IMG/VR virus record: IMGVR_UViG_3300042508_000428
Length of the DNA stretch: 64,000 nucleotides
From: a virus
Direction: 5' to 3' (one strand)
Shown: piece after piece, positions 7,909 through 18,069 of the stretch
Layout: each line of letters starts with the position of its first letter
How positions within the stretch are numbered: the first letter of the stretch is position 1
Translations under genes and position numbers: made by a program
Notes under the pieces: generated by a model
Databases searched by the model: none
Told to the model about the DNA's origin: nothing
What the model saw: only the letters and a program-made list of their open reading frames with translations

Positions 7909-8576
7909 TGGAAAAGATCGTAGAATACATACAGCAATCACCAAAAGCACATTTTATGATTCACGGCAGAATACCTGTGTATTTTAAAAATGGACTTACA
8001 AAGAAAATAAATATGGATAGTGTATGTCGGCGGGTAGGAAATATCTTACCTGCCTTTTTATTTAAAAATATTTCTGCTGTTTCTATTGGACAATATGATA
8101 CATTAGACGATAGAGCGGTTGATTCTGTTTATGATAAAAAAATAATTTATCTTACAAATGTACAAGACGACGAAGAAGATATTATTGAAAACATTATTCA
8201 CGAAGTTGCTCACTCATTAGAAGAATTATACTCAGAACAAATATACGGCGATGGATTATTGAAGAAAGAGTTTCTTAGGAAAAGAAAACAACTTTACAAT
8301 GAGTTATCGCAAAAATATTCGGTAGACGACAAATATTTTAGAAAAACAGAATATTCTAAATCACTAGATCAGTTTTTCTATAAAAAAGTAGGGTATGATA
8401 CATTATCCTATTTCACAGAACCACTGTTCGTAACACCTTACAGTGCGACTTCATTAAGAGAATATTTCTCAGATGGATTTGAAAGATACTATCTAGGAGA
8501 TCAAAATTTGATTGAAGATATGTGTCCAGTGTTGTATAATAAAATTAAACTACTAGAGGAGACAGCGGAAAAGTAA
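7908..8576 (+). CDS. putative zincin metallopeptidase
   Basis: IIHEVAH (HExxH) plus downstream YSATSLREYFS carrying the third-ligand Glu. Confidence 0.65.
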   Translation: MEKIVEYIQQSPKAHFMIHGRIPVYFKNGLTKKINMDSVCRRVGNILPAFLFKNISAVSIGQYDTLDDRAVDSVYDKKIIYLTNVQDDEEDIIENIIHEVAHSLEELYSEQIYGDGLLKKEFLRKRKQLYNELSQKYSVDDKYFRKTEYSKSLDQFFYKKVGYDTLSYFTEPLFVTPYSATSLREYFSDGFERYYLGDQNLIEDMCPVLYNKIKLLEETAEK

Positions 8577-8577
8577 A

Positions 8578-8901
8578 ATGGTTAGCAACAAAATGAAACT
8601 AAGACACGCTTACAGAATGGGCGGTGACGACTTCGTAGAAGAAACTTATGGAGTTAGAATTTCTAAAGATGATAAAAATCTTCATAGACAAATTGATCAA
8701 GTAATAGCAGAGCATCAAGAGACTATGAAAGCATTATCAGAAGAAGATAAAGAAGAAGAAAACTTAGAAGAAAAGATGGAATATCTTGATACTTTAGATA
8801 TTAATCAACTTCGTAATATGGCAAAGTCAACTCTTGGAATTCCTCATAAGAATTTAATGAAGATGAAAAAAGAAGAGTTGATTGCTGAACTCTTAAAATA
8901 A
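8578..8901 (+). CDS. hypothetical protein with a C-terminal Rho-N-like helix-extension-helix motif
   Basis: LRNMAKSTLGIPHKNLMKMKKEELIAELL resembles LR.IAK.LGI..YSKL.K.ELI. Confidence 0.5.
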   Translation: MVSNKMKLRHAYRMGGDDFVEETYGVRISKDDKNLHRQIDQVIAEHQETMKALSEEDKEEENLEEKMEYLDTLDINQLRNMAKSTLGIPHKNLMKMKKEELIAELLK

Positions 8902-8911
8902 TAAAAATCAA

Positions 8912-8920
8912 TGCTAAACT
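8912..8920 (+). promoter_or_regulatory. possible extended -10 promoter at the head of the glycan operon
   Basis: TG-C-TAAACT in the intergenic gap, GAGG RBS downstream; no clear -35. Confidence 0.3.
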
Positions 8921-8941
8921 AAAACAAATTTAGAGGTTTAA

Positions 8942-10204
8942 ATGGAAAAGAAGATTAAGGTTCTTACCATCTCGGATCATCCACTGATGCCGTCTGGTGT
9001 TGCAACTCAAACAAAGTATTTTATTGAAGGATTATTAAAGTCCGGCAAATTTAAAGTAATTTCATTAGGCGGTGCAATTAAACACCAGAATTATCAACCA
9101 GTCAGGACAGAGGAATTTGGTGAAGATTGGACTATTTTTCCTGTTGATGGATTTGGAGATCCAAATATTATTAGATCAATTGTTAGATCAGAAAAACCAG
9201 ATATTCTTTGGTTTATGACAGATCCAAGATTTTATGGGTGGTTATGGAACATTGCAAACGAGATTAGACCGTTAGTTCCTCTGGTTTATTATCATGTTTG
9301 GGATAATTATCCTTATCCAAAATTTAATAAACCATTTTATGATTCAAATGATGTAATTGCTACTATTAGTAAAGTAACAGACGATATTGTCCGCACTGTC
9401 TCGCCAGAAGTAGAATGCCATTACTTACCTCATGCAATTGATCCTAATTTCTTCTTCCCGATGCCAGAAGAAGAAGTAAAGCGAGCGAGAAAAGTCCACT
9501 TCCCAAATATGAAAGACGATGCAATGCTTGTTTTTTGGAACAGTAGAAACGCTAGACGTAAACAATCTGGTGCAATTATTTGGTGGTTTAAGGAATTTTT
9601 GGATAGAGTTGGTCAAGACAAGGCAATTCTCTTGATGCATACAAACCCAAAAGATCCCAATGGCCCAGATCTTGAAGCAATCGTTAGAGAATTGCAAATT
9701 GATGATGGAAGAGTATTGTTTTCAAATCAAGGAGTTCCACCAGAACACCTAAGATTAATGTATAATATGGCAGATGTAACAGTATCCGCTTCTGATGCAG
9801 AGGGTTTTGGTCTTTCAACTCTAGAATCTTTAAATTGTGGAACTCCAATCATTGTCCCACGAACAGGTGGTCTACAAGAACAAGTAACAGACGGAATAGA
9901 TACTTTTGGCATAATGATGGAACCAGCATCCCAATACGTAATTGGATCTCAAGAAGTTCCGTACATTTATGAGGATAAGGTATCTGGAAAAGATTTTAAA
10001 CAAGCTCTTTATGATATGTGGACTCTACCACGATCTGAGAGAAAGAAACTTGGTCAGAAAGGCAGAGAGCACGCTTTAAAGAACTATGGATTTGCTGATT
10101 ATCAAAATAAATGGGTAGAATTAATGACCAAGGTTTACGAAGAGAAGGGATCTTGGGAAAATAGAAAGCAATACCAACGCTGGACTCTTAAAGAGGTTAA
10201 ATAA
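8942..10204 (+). CDS. GT4 (GT-B) glycosyltransferase
   Basis: WNSRNARRK and SDAEGFGLSTLESLNCGTPII (E-x7-E motif). Confidence 0.88.
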   Translation: MEKKIKVLTISDHPLMPSGVATQTKYFIEGLLKSGKFKVISLGGAIKHQNYQPVRTEEFGEDWTIFPVDGFGDPNIIRSIVRSEKPDILWFMTDPRFYGWLWNIANEIRPLVPLVYYHVWDNYPYPKFNKPFYDSNDVIATISKVTDDIVRTVSPEVECHYLPHAIDPNFFFPMPEEEVKRARKVHFPNMKDDAMLVFWNSRNARRKQSGAIIWWFKEFLDRVGQDKAILLMHTNPKDPNGPDLEAIVRELQIDDGRVLFSNQGVPPEHLRLMYNMADVTVSASDAEGFGLSTLESLNCGTPIIVPRTGGLQEQVTDGIDTFGIMMEPASQYVIGSQEVPYIYEDKVSGKDFKQALYDMWTLPRSERKKLGQKGREHALKNYGFADYQNKWVELMTKVYEEKGSWENRKQYQRWTLKEVK

Positions 10205-11460
10205 TGAAAAAGAAAGTATTAGTTGAAGGACCAATTCTTACACAGTCAGGATATGGTGAACATGCAAGATTTGTTATGAGATCTCTTAAATCTCAAGAAG
10301 ATGTATTTGATATTTATGCAATTCCTGTAAATTGGGGGCAAACTTCTTGGTTATTTGAAGACAATGAAGAAAGAAAGTGGTTTGATTCTGTTATCAACAA
10401 AACAGTTCAATATATCCATCAACAAGGACAATTTGATATTTATGTTCATGTTGGCATCCCAAATGAATTAAAAAGAAAAGCTCCAATAACTATTGAAGTA
10501 ACAGCTGGTATTGAGTCAAACAAAGTTGCTCCTGAGTGGATTGATATTCTCAACAGAGAATGCGATAAAGTAATTACAGTATCCGAACATTCAAAAGATG
10601 GATTAGTTAATACTTCTTGGAAAGCACAAGATCAGTTTGGTAGAACACTTGATCTAAAACTAAACGTTCCAGTAGAGGTTGTTGGATATCCAGTAAAAGA
10701 ATTTAATAAGTATACAGAGGAATATACCAAAGAGAAATTCCCGTTAGATTATGATTTTAATTTTCTCTGTGTCGCACAATGGGGTCCAAGAAAAAATCTC
10801 CCAAATACAATTCAATGGTTTTTAGAAGAATTTAAAAAGGATAAAGTTGGATTGGTATGTAAAGTAAATCATTCAAATAATTCCATTATTGATAAAATTA
10901 CATGCCAAAAAGCATTAGAAGAATTGTTGAAAAATTTTCCTGATAGGAAGTGTAAAGTTTATTTACTACATGGAGATATGAACAATGATGAAATACACAA
11001 TCTCTACAATCACCCACAAATTAAAGCAATTGTTAATTTTGGTCATGGCGAAGGATTTGGGCTTCCTTTGTTTGAAGCAGCTTATTGCGGTTTGCCGGTA
11101 ATTGCACCAGACTACTCTGGCCATAAAGATTTTTTATATGCAGAGGTTAATGGCAAGAGTAAATCATTTTTTTCTAAAGTACCGTATGAAATAAAAAAAA
11201 TCCACCCAGAAGTTGTTTGGAATGGTGTGTTACATGCGGAATCAGAATGGGCATATGTAAAACCAATTGGTGCAAAACTTGCTATGAGAGAACTTTTTAA
11301 AGATCATGGAAGATTTAAAGGTCAAGCAAACAAACTAAAAGAATATCTTTTAAATAGAAAAGAAGATTTAAATAAAAAGTTATGTAATTTTATTTATGAA
11401 GAAGAAGAGTTTAATATGGAACAATGGCTTGAAGATATGAACCTTAATACATTCGAATAA
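10204..11460 (+). CDS. GT4 (GT-B) glycosyltransferase
   Basis: QSGYG near the N-terminus, WGPRKN and HGEGFGLPLFEAAYCGLPVI. Confidence 0.88.
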   Translation: MKKKVLVEGPILTQSGYGEHARFVMRSLKSQEDVFDIYAIPVNWGQTSWLFEDNEERKWFDSVINKTVQYIHQQGQFDIYVHVGIPNELKRKAPITIEVTAGIESNKVAPEWIDILNRECDKVITVSEHSKDGLVNTSWKAQDQFGRTLDLKLNVPVEVVGYPVKEFNKYTEEYTKEKFPLDYDFNFLCVAQWGPRKNLPNTIQWFLEEFKKDKVGLVCKVNHSNNSIIDKITCQKALEELLKNFPDRKCKVYLLHGDMNNDEIHNLYNHPQIKAIVNFGHGEGFGLPLFEAAYCGLPVIAPDYSGHKDFLYAEVNGKSKSFFSKVPYEIKKIHPEVVWNGVLHAESEWAYVKPIGAKLAMRELFKDHGRFKGQANKLKEYLLNRKEDLNKKLCNFIYEEEEFNMEQWLEDMNLNTFE

Positions 11461-11461
11461 A

Positions 11462-12307
11462 ATGACTATGTATCTTGTATCAGATTTTTTTATTGATGAA
11501 GTATCTGGTGGTGCTGAGATAAATGATGATATTTTATTTCAAGAATTATCTAAAAAAATTAATATAAAAAAAGTAAAGAGTCAAAATTTTTCAATTAATA
11601 TTGCCAGAACTAATTCATTATTTATAATTTCAAATTTTGCACTTTTAAATCCACAAATAATAGAATATCTTGTTAAAAACAAAAAAAAATATATAATATA
11701 TGAACATGATCATAAATATTTAATTGGTAGAAATCCTGGGATATACAAAAGTTTTACTGCGCCACCAGAAGATATAGTAAATAAATTATTTTATGAAAAT
11801 TCATTAGCTATATTAAGCCAAAGTAATTTTCATAAAAATATAATTCAAAAAAATCTAAATATTAATAATGTTATTAATCTTGGCGGAAATTTATGGAATG
11901 ATGATATTTTGGAATATATGAAAATATTATCTAAAAAAGAAAAAAAAGATATTTGTTCAATAATGTTTTCTGAAATTCCTCATAAAAACACTCTTGATGC
12001 AATCAAATATTGTGAAGTTAAAAATATAAAATATGAATTAATTTCTGATAATGATTATAAAAAATTTTTAGAAAAAATATCAAATAATAATACATTAATT
12101 TTTTTGCCAAAAACTCCGGAAACATTAAGTAGAATTTGTGTAGAAGCTAGAATGTGTAATATGAAAGTTATTACAAATAACATGGTGGGAGCAACACAAG
12201 AAGAATGGTTTTTTTTAAAAGGCGAAGAATTGATAAATTTTATGAGAAAAAAGAAAGAGGAAATTATTAATTTAATTGTTGATAAATATAATGAAAATTT
12301 TTATTAA
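11462..12307 (+). CDS. putative GT-B glycosyltransferase
   Basis: GGAEIND near the N-terminus and PETLSRICVEARMCNMKVITN (E-x7-E). Confidence 0.7.
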   Translation: MTMYLVSDFFIDEVSGGAEINDDILFQELSKKINIKKVKSQNFSINIARTNSLFIISNFALLNPQIIEYLVKNKKKYIIYEHDHKYLIGRNPGIYKSFTAPPEDIVNKLFYENSLAILSQSNFHKNIIQKNLNINNVINLGGNLWNDDILEYMKILSKKEKKDICSIMFSEIPHKNTLDAIKYCEVKNIKYELISDNDYKKFLEKISNNNTLIFLPKTPETLSRICVEARMCNMKVITNNMVGATQEEWFFLKGEELINFMRKKKEEIINLIVDKYNENFY

Positions 12308-13181
12308 AAGAGCACTCCCTGGAGCATGGGAACATATTAATCTTGGTTATGAAAACGCTTTTAAACATTTTGGTTTTAAATGTCATTATTATAATAATTT
12401 AATGGAATTGTCAGAAGAAGATAACTTTTATTTATTTGCTAATGATTCTGATTTGGTAGAAGATAGGGTTTTAAAAATTCTTCAAAAAGCTATAAAAGTA
12501 TTTTTATTTATTATGCCAAATGAATTCCCAAAACATTGGGGTCTGCATCAAAATTGGACTTCGTTATGTAAAATTGATTTTGAAAAATTAAATAATCTTA
12601 ATAATATAGTTAAATGGACTTTCTTGGAACAAAATCCTTATTGTTATAATTGGTCAAATTTTTTAACAGTACCTCTTGCTTTTGACGATATTAGATATAC
12701 ATACGAATACGACGATAATTTTAAATTTGATGTTTGCTATGTTGGAGGATGGGCAAATAATGGGTTTGATGAAAAAAGAAAAAACATTATTAATCATTTT
12801 TTAAAACTTAAACAGTCAAATTTAAAATGCGGTTTGTTTGTTAATAAAAATGTTTCCAAACAAGATGAAAACAAATTATTAAGTAATAGTAAAATTTCAC
12901 TTAATATACATGACACATATCAAAGAGAATTAGGACTAGATACTAATGAAAGAACGTTTAAATCTCTCGGATTAAATGGTATAATGGTGAGTGACAGAGT
13001 AGAACAAATAAATAAAATTTGTAAAAATGTAAAAATGTCAAACGATCCGACAGAATATGTTCAGCTAATCAGTGAGTACCTTAACGATCCATATATTGAT
13101 GATTTAAGAATAGATAATAAAAATCATATAATAAAAAATCATACATATAAAAATAGAGTTAGAGAATTATTAGATGTTTAA
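12291..13181 (+). CDS. putative glycosyltransferase (CgeB/Glyco_trans_1_2-like)
   Basis: DVCYVGG, SKISLNIH and NERTFKSLGLNGIMVSD. Confidence 0.72.
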   Translation: MKIFIKRALPGAWEHINLGYENAFKHFGFKCHYYNNLMELSEEDNFYLFANDSDLVEDRVLKILQKAIKVFLFIMPNEFPKHWGLHQNWTSLCKIDFEKLNNLNNIVKWTFLEQNPYCYNWSNFLTVPLAFDDIRYTYEYDDNFKFDVCYVGGWANNGFDEKRKNIINHFLKLKQSNLKCGLFVNKNVSKQDENKLLSNSKISLNIHDTYQRELGLDTNERTFKSLGLNGIMVSDRVEQINKICKNVKMSNDPTEYVQLISEYLNDPYIDDLRIDNKNHIIKNHTYKNRVRELLDV

Positions 13182-13908
13182 AATATCTTTGATAATACCA
13201 TGTTATAATGCAGAAAGATGGATAAAAAAATGTATATCTTCTGCATGTGAACAAAACTATGAAAACATAGAAGTTATCTTCTGTGATAATGAAAGCACAG
13301 ATAATAGTCTATCTATTGCAAAAAATCTTAAAGAAACAAAATATCCTAATTTAATAATTGAAACTGCGCCAAATATTTATAAATATTCTTGGGAAGAGCC
13401 TGTTAATAAAGCTTTATCAATTAGCACTGGAGATTATTTTACAATACTGGGAGCTGATGATTATATAAGCAAAGATTATATTAATAATGTTATGAAATTT
13501 GTTTCTGCGGCACCAGATAAAATATTCTTATTTCAAAGTGCATTACGTGGCATAAATGAAGATGAAGAGTTTGTTGGAGAAACCAAGCATAAGTATAAAA
13601 ACCTACAAGAATTTAAAAATATGTTATTTGAAAGATGTCCAGTTAATACTCCGACTGTTGTATATAATAAAAAATTATATAATGATGGTTTAATTAATTG
13701 GCAGTCCGAAAAGTGGTTAGGAGCTATTGATTATAATTTATATTTTTCTCTTGCTGATAAAAATTATTTTATTTACCCTTGTCCAAATTGGCTTGGATAC
13801 TATTATAGATGGCACCAAGAACAATCAACTTGGGGTATGCATAAAGAAGAAAGAAAATTTGATATAGAAATAAGAGAATTTTGGAGAAAAAAATGGATAC
13901 AGGACTAA
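13174..13908 (+). CDS. GT2 glycosyltransferase
   Basis: ISLIIPCYN, DNESTD and ILGADD (DxD). Confidence 0.88.
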   Translation: MFKISLIIPCYNAERWIKKCISSACEQNYENIEVIFCDNESTDNSLSIAKNLKETKYPNLIIETAPNIYKYSWEEPVNKALSISTGDYFTILGADDYISKDYINNVMKFVSAAPDKIFLFQSALRGINEDEEFVGETKHKYKNLQEFKNMLFERCPVNTPTVVYNKKLYNDGLINWQSEKWLGAIDYNLYFSLADKNYFIYPCPNWLGYYYRWHQEQSTWGMHKEERKFDIEIREFWRKKWIQD

Positions 13909-14501
13909 CACCAGAAGATCTTAGAAGATTTGAACTAGAGATTTTTCAATTGTTTAAAGATAAAAAAATACATTCTCCTATTCATCTACGTGGTGGTAAT
14001 GAACAACAATTGATTAAAATATTTAAAGATATACAATCAGATGATTATTGCTTTTTAACTTGGGCTAGTCACTTGGAGTGTTTACTTAAAGGAGTTGATA
14101 GGGAAAAAGTTAAAGAAAAAATTCTTAATAATAAATCTATTTGTATGTCCTTTAAGGAACATAATATAATTTCTTCTGCAATTGTTGCAGGGAACGCTCC
14201 AATTGCAGTTGGAGTAGCTATGGGAATAAAAAAACAAAATAAAAAAAATAAAGTATGGTGTTTTGTTGGAGACATGGCATTTTATACTGGTACTGTTCAA
14301 GAGGCGATCAGATACTCGGAAGTCAATGATTTGCCAATTACATTTGTAGTTGCTGATAACGGGCTAAGTGTTACAACCCCAACAGAAAAAATTTGGGGAA
14401 ATGACATAGAAAACATTTGCAAAAATTCAAGCAAGTGTTTATATTATAAATATACTAACGCTTTTCCACATGCAGGAATAGGCGAGAAAGTTTTGTTTTA
14501 G
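13893..14501 (+). CDS. TPP-dependent dehydrogenase E1 alpha-like subunit
   Basis: IHLRGGNE, SAIVAGNAPIAVG and GDMAF..G...EA...VVADN (TPP-binding GDG..N motif); GGAG RBS before 13893. Confidence 0.85.
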   Translation: MDTGLTPEDLRRFELEIFQLFKDKKIHSPIHLRGGNEQQLIKIFKDIQSDDYCFLTWASHLECLLKGVDREKVKEKILNNKSICMSFKEHNIISSAIVAGNAPIAVGVAMGIKKQNKKNKVWCFVGDMAFYTGTVQEAIRYSEVNDLPITFVVADNGLSVTTPTEKIWGNDIENICKNSSKCLYYKYTNAFPHAGIGEKVLF

Positions 14502-14509
14502 GAAAAAAC

Positions 14510-15034
14510 ATGAGTTATAATGAAAAATTAGTTGAAGCAATGGAATATTTAGCCAAGAAAGAAAATACTATTTTTCTTGGGCAGAGTATGGAATATGGCG
14601 GAATAGCAATAGCAAACTCTTTTAAAAATATTCCAGAAGACAAAAAAATGGAAATGCCAGTTGCGGAAAATTTACAACTAGGTATATCTACTGGGTTGGC
14701 TTTAGAAGGATATGTACCTATTTCTGTTTTTCCAAGATGGAATTTTCTTTTGTTAGCATCAGATCAATTAGTAAACCATCTAGATAAACTATCAGTTATT
14801 ACAGATGGCGCCTATAAACCAAAAGTTATTATAAGAGTGGCAGTAGGAGTTAGACATCCAGTTGATCCACAAGAACAACATGTAGGGGATTTTACAGAGT
14901 CATTTAAACTTATGCTAAAAAATATAGAGGTAGTTAAGCTCGCCAAAGAAGAAGACATTCTACCAGCATATAAAAAAGCTTATGAAAGAGATGATGGAAT
15001 TTCTACAATATTAGTCGAGGAACATCAGTTTTGA
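14510..15034 (+). CDS. TPP-dependent dehydrogenase E1 beta-like subunit (pyrimidine-binding domain only)
   Basis: FLGQS, EMPVAENLQLG and NFLLLASDQLVNHLDK; 174 aa with no C-terminal domain. Confidence 0.85.
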   Translation: MSYNEKLVEAMEYLAKKENTIFLGQSMEYGGIAIANSFKNIPEDKKMEMPVAENLQLGISTGLALEGYVPISVFPRWNFLLLASDQLVNHLDKLSVITDGAYKPKVIIRVAVGVRHPVDPQEQHVGDFTESFKLMLKNIEVVKLAKEEDILPAYKKAYERDDGISTILVEEHQF

Positions 15035-15864
15035 AAACAATATTGATTACTGGCGGTAATAGTTTTCTTGCTAAAGAGTTTGTAAGTCTTTTTCCTGAAT
15101 ACAATTTGATTGTAACAGATAGAAAGACTTTAGATGTAACAAACAAAGAACAAGTAGATATTTTTTTAAAAAACAATAATATAGATTATATTTTACATAC
15201 AGCAATAAAAGGTGGTAGTAGATTTAAACAAGATTTTTTTCAAGACATGCTTGATAATTTGAATATGTATTATAATTTATCATCTAATAGTGATAAATAT
15301 AAAATTATGTTTAATTTTGCATCTGGAGCAGAGTTTGATAGAGAACAAGACATAAAATCTTTCAAAGAAGAAAAGATTTTTGATTCTATTCCTAAAGATT
15401 TTTATGGGTGTTCTAAAAATCTAATATCCAGAGATCTTTTACAAAAAAATAATATAATAAACATTAGACTATTTGGGTGTTTTGGAAAGTTAGAAAATGA
15501 TTCAAGGTTTATTAAAAATACTATAAAAAAATGCTTAAATCATCAAGAAATTATAATTCAAAATAAAGAAATGGATTTCTTTTATGTTGAAGATCTTGTT
15601 TTGTTGATAAAAGAAATTATATTAAACGGAACAAAACACAAAGATATTAATGCAGTTTATTCCAATAAAGTAGATTTAAATTATATTGCAAAATATATAA
15701 AAACACTTACAAATTCTAATTCTAAGATTATAATAGAATCAAATAATAAAGACTATACTGGCTCATCAGTAAAAATAGATTCTTTAAATTTAAAATTTAA
15801 TGGTCTAGAAAATTCAATAAAAGATGTGATTAATTATGAAAGATATAATAATTTACATAGATAG
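15031..15864 (+). CDS. NAD-dependent sugar epimerase/reductase (extended SDR)
   Basis: ILITGGNSFLA, ASGAEF and YGCSK (YxxxK). Confidence 0.85.
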   Translation: MKTILITGGNSFLAKEFVSLFPEYNLIVTDRKTLDVTNKEQVDIFLKNNNIDYILHTAIKGGSRFKQDFFQDMLDNLNMYYNLSSNSDKYKIMFNFASGAEFDREQDIKSFKEEKIFDSIPKDFYGCSKNLISRDLLQKNNIINIRLFGCFGKLENDSRFIKNTIKKCLNHQEIIIQNKEMDFFYVEDLVLLIKEIILNGTKHKDINAVYSNKVDLNYIAKYIKTLTNSNSKIIIESNNKDYTGSSVKIDSLNLKFNGLENSIKDVINYERYNNLHR

Positions 15865-16738
15865 CTCTGGTCCAAACGTATTTAAAACAAACATAACTGA
15901 CACAATAGGTTCCATAATCAAAAATATAGGAAATTTTGATTATGGATTTTATATTAATGTAGATGATGATAATATAAAACAGTTTATCAAAAAATTATTT
16001 GTTGGAAAAATAAAAGATAAACTTATTGAGATAAATACGTCTAATGAAAGTTGGGCAAAAAAATTTAACTTATTTTTTGACAAATATAAAAATTTAACAA
16101 AATATTTTCTTATTTGTCATGATGATATTGTTATTAAAACAAAAGATTTTTTTCAAATTACTCTTAATGAAATTTCCGGGAAAGAGAATGAAGTTGGGTG
16201 GGTAACTTATACAAATAGTCGTTATTATGAGTTTGATAAAAAAATATTGCCAAATTCCATAAGAGAAGGGTTTCATGTTGATAGAAAAAACTATCCAAGA
16301 ATATTTGAATGTCATAATATGAATGATAAAATTGAAAATTTTGATTATCCAAAATCAGCAGTTAAATGTCATGGACCATATTCTCATATTAATATAGTAA
16401 GTGCAGAGTCTCTTAAAAAAATAGGTTTTTGTGAAGATTGGACAGATTATACTATTTTAATAGATGAAGACTGGAGCCTTGAAGCTTTAAAAAATAATCT
16501 TATTAACGTATGGATACCATCTGTCTTTTATACACATCCAAATCCTAAAAACACAGCTTTAAGAAAGCTCGATCTTCGTTATGCTGATATTGCTCATAAA
16601 AAGTTTTATGATAAATGGGGATTTACATGTGATGACTATGATGATAACATAATAAACAATATTAGAAAAAAGTATAAAGATACAAATATACCCTGGTCTT
16701 CATACAAAAAAACATACGAATGGGAGTACCTAAAGTGA
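15836..16738 (+). CDS. putative GT2-like glycosyltransferase
   Basis: FLICHDDIVIK (DxD-like), IDEDWSLE and FYTHP. Confidence 0.65.
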   Translation: MKDIIIYIDSSGPNVFKTNITDTIGSIIKNIGNFDYGFYINVDDDNIKQFIKKLFVGKIKDKLIEINTSNESWAKKFNLFFDKYKNLTKYFLICHDDIVIKTKDFFQITLNEISGKENEVGWVTYTNSRYYEFDKKILPNSIREGFHVDRKNYPRIFECHNMNDKIENFDYPKSAVKCHGPYSHINIVSAESLKKIGFCEDWTDYTILIDEDWSLEALKNNLINVWIPSVFYTHPNPKNTALRKLDLRYADIAHKKFYDKWGFTCDDYDDNIINNIRKKYKDTNIPWSSYKKTYEWEYLK

Positions 16739-18069
16739 GTAACAAGCTAGAACAAATTCAAAAACTAGTTTCAGAATATATTAATGAAAACAAGAAGAAA
16801 GAGTGGAAAGAAGGAGACTGGGTTACTTATTCTGGTCATGTTTTTTCTGACGAAGAGTATATTGAGGCTGTAGATTGTTTATTAAAAGATTGGTTAGTAT
16901 TTGGAGAAAAATGCGGACAATTTGAAAAAGAGTTCCCAAAAAATTTAGGAAAAAAATTTGGAATTTTAACTAATTCTGGAAGCTCTGCAAATCTTTTAAT
17001 GGTTTCTTCCTTAAAATCAAAAAAATTACAATATAATTTAAAAGAAGGAGAAAAAATTATAACTCCTGTTGTTGGGTTTCCTACAACAATAAATCCAATA
17101 ATCCAAAATGGGTTTGTCCCGGTTTTTGTAGATGTTACATTACCAGATTTAAATTTGGATTTAGACCAAGTTGAAAAAGAACTAGAAAAAGATCCTTCAA
17201 TTAGAGTTATATTGTTTGCGCACGCATTGGGTAATCCTCCAAATATGGATAGATTGATGAAAATGGTTAAAAAACATAATTTAATATTATTGGAAGATTG
17301 CTGTGATGCTCTTGGATCAACATACGATGGAAAACTTCTTGGAAGTTTTGGCGATATGGCTTCGTGTTCGTTCTATCCAGCGCATCATATGACATTAGGT
17401 GAGGGAGGTTTTGTTGCAACAAATAATCAAAATATATCAAAAACTCTTATGAGTTTTAGAGATTGGGGCAGAGACTGTTATTGTAATTTGTCTTCGCCTG
17501 GATGCGTGGTAAACGGTACTGCATGTGGAAATCGATTTAGAAGTTGGTTTAAAAACGAACCAGACATCATATATGATCATAGATATGTATATTCAGAGAT
17601 TGGATACAATCTAAAACCACTAGAAATACAGGGCGCAATGGGCTTAGTACAATTAAGAAAATTAAAAGAATTCGAGACAGCAAGAAAAAATAACTATAAT
17701 AAATTATATAGCGTCTTTGCTCCATACGAAGAATATTTTTATTTACCAAAAGCAACAGAAAAAGCAGATCCATCTTGGTTTGCATTTTTGCTTACCATTA
17801 AAGAAGGATCCTTTTTTTCTAAAAATCAATTTGTAAATTATCTAGAAAATAATAAAATTCAAACTAGATCTTATTTTGCCGGAAATGTTCTATATCATAA
17901 AGCGTATGAAGATTATGCAAAAAACTACGAAAATCTCAAAGCTTCGTTCCCAGTTGCAGATTTAGCAACAAAAAATTCTTTTTTCCTTGGAACATATAGT
18001 GGAATAACTGATGAAAAAATTGAATACATAAAAAAAGTAGTTGATACATTTTTTGGAGAAAAAAGATGA
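16735..18069 (+). CDS. rfbH: NDP-4-keto-6-deoxyglucose 3-dehydrase (E1/DdhC/RfbH), PMP- and [2Fe-2S]-dependent
   Basis: SFYPAHHMTLGEGG (His replacing the PLP Lys), RDWGRDCYC...C...CGNRF cysteine cluster and YSEIGYNLKP. GTG start at 16735 with a GGAG RBS; the track uses 16720. Confidence 0.88.
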   Translation: MSNKLEQIQKLVSEYINENKKKEWKEGDWVTYSGHVFSDEEYIEAVDCLLKDWLVFGEKCGQFEKEFPKNLGKKFGILTNSGSSANLLMVSSLKSKKLQYNLKEGEKIITPVVGFPTTINPIIQNGFVPVFVDVTLPDLNLDLDQVEKELEKDPSIRVILFAHALGNPPNMDRLMKMVKKHNLILLEDCCDALGSTYDGKLLGSFGDMASCSFYPAHHMTLGEGGFVATNNQNISKTLMSFRDWGRDCYCNLSSPGCVVNGTACGNRFRSWFKNEPDIIYDHRYVYSEIGYNLKPLEIQGAMGLVQLRKLKEFETARKNNYNKLYSVFAPYEEYFYLPKATEKADPSWFAFLLTIKEGSFFSKNQFVNYLENNKIQTRSYFAGNVLYHKAYEDYAKNYENLKASFPVADLATKNSFFLGTYSGITDEKIEYIKKVVDTFFGEKR

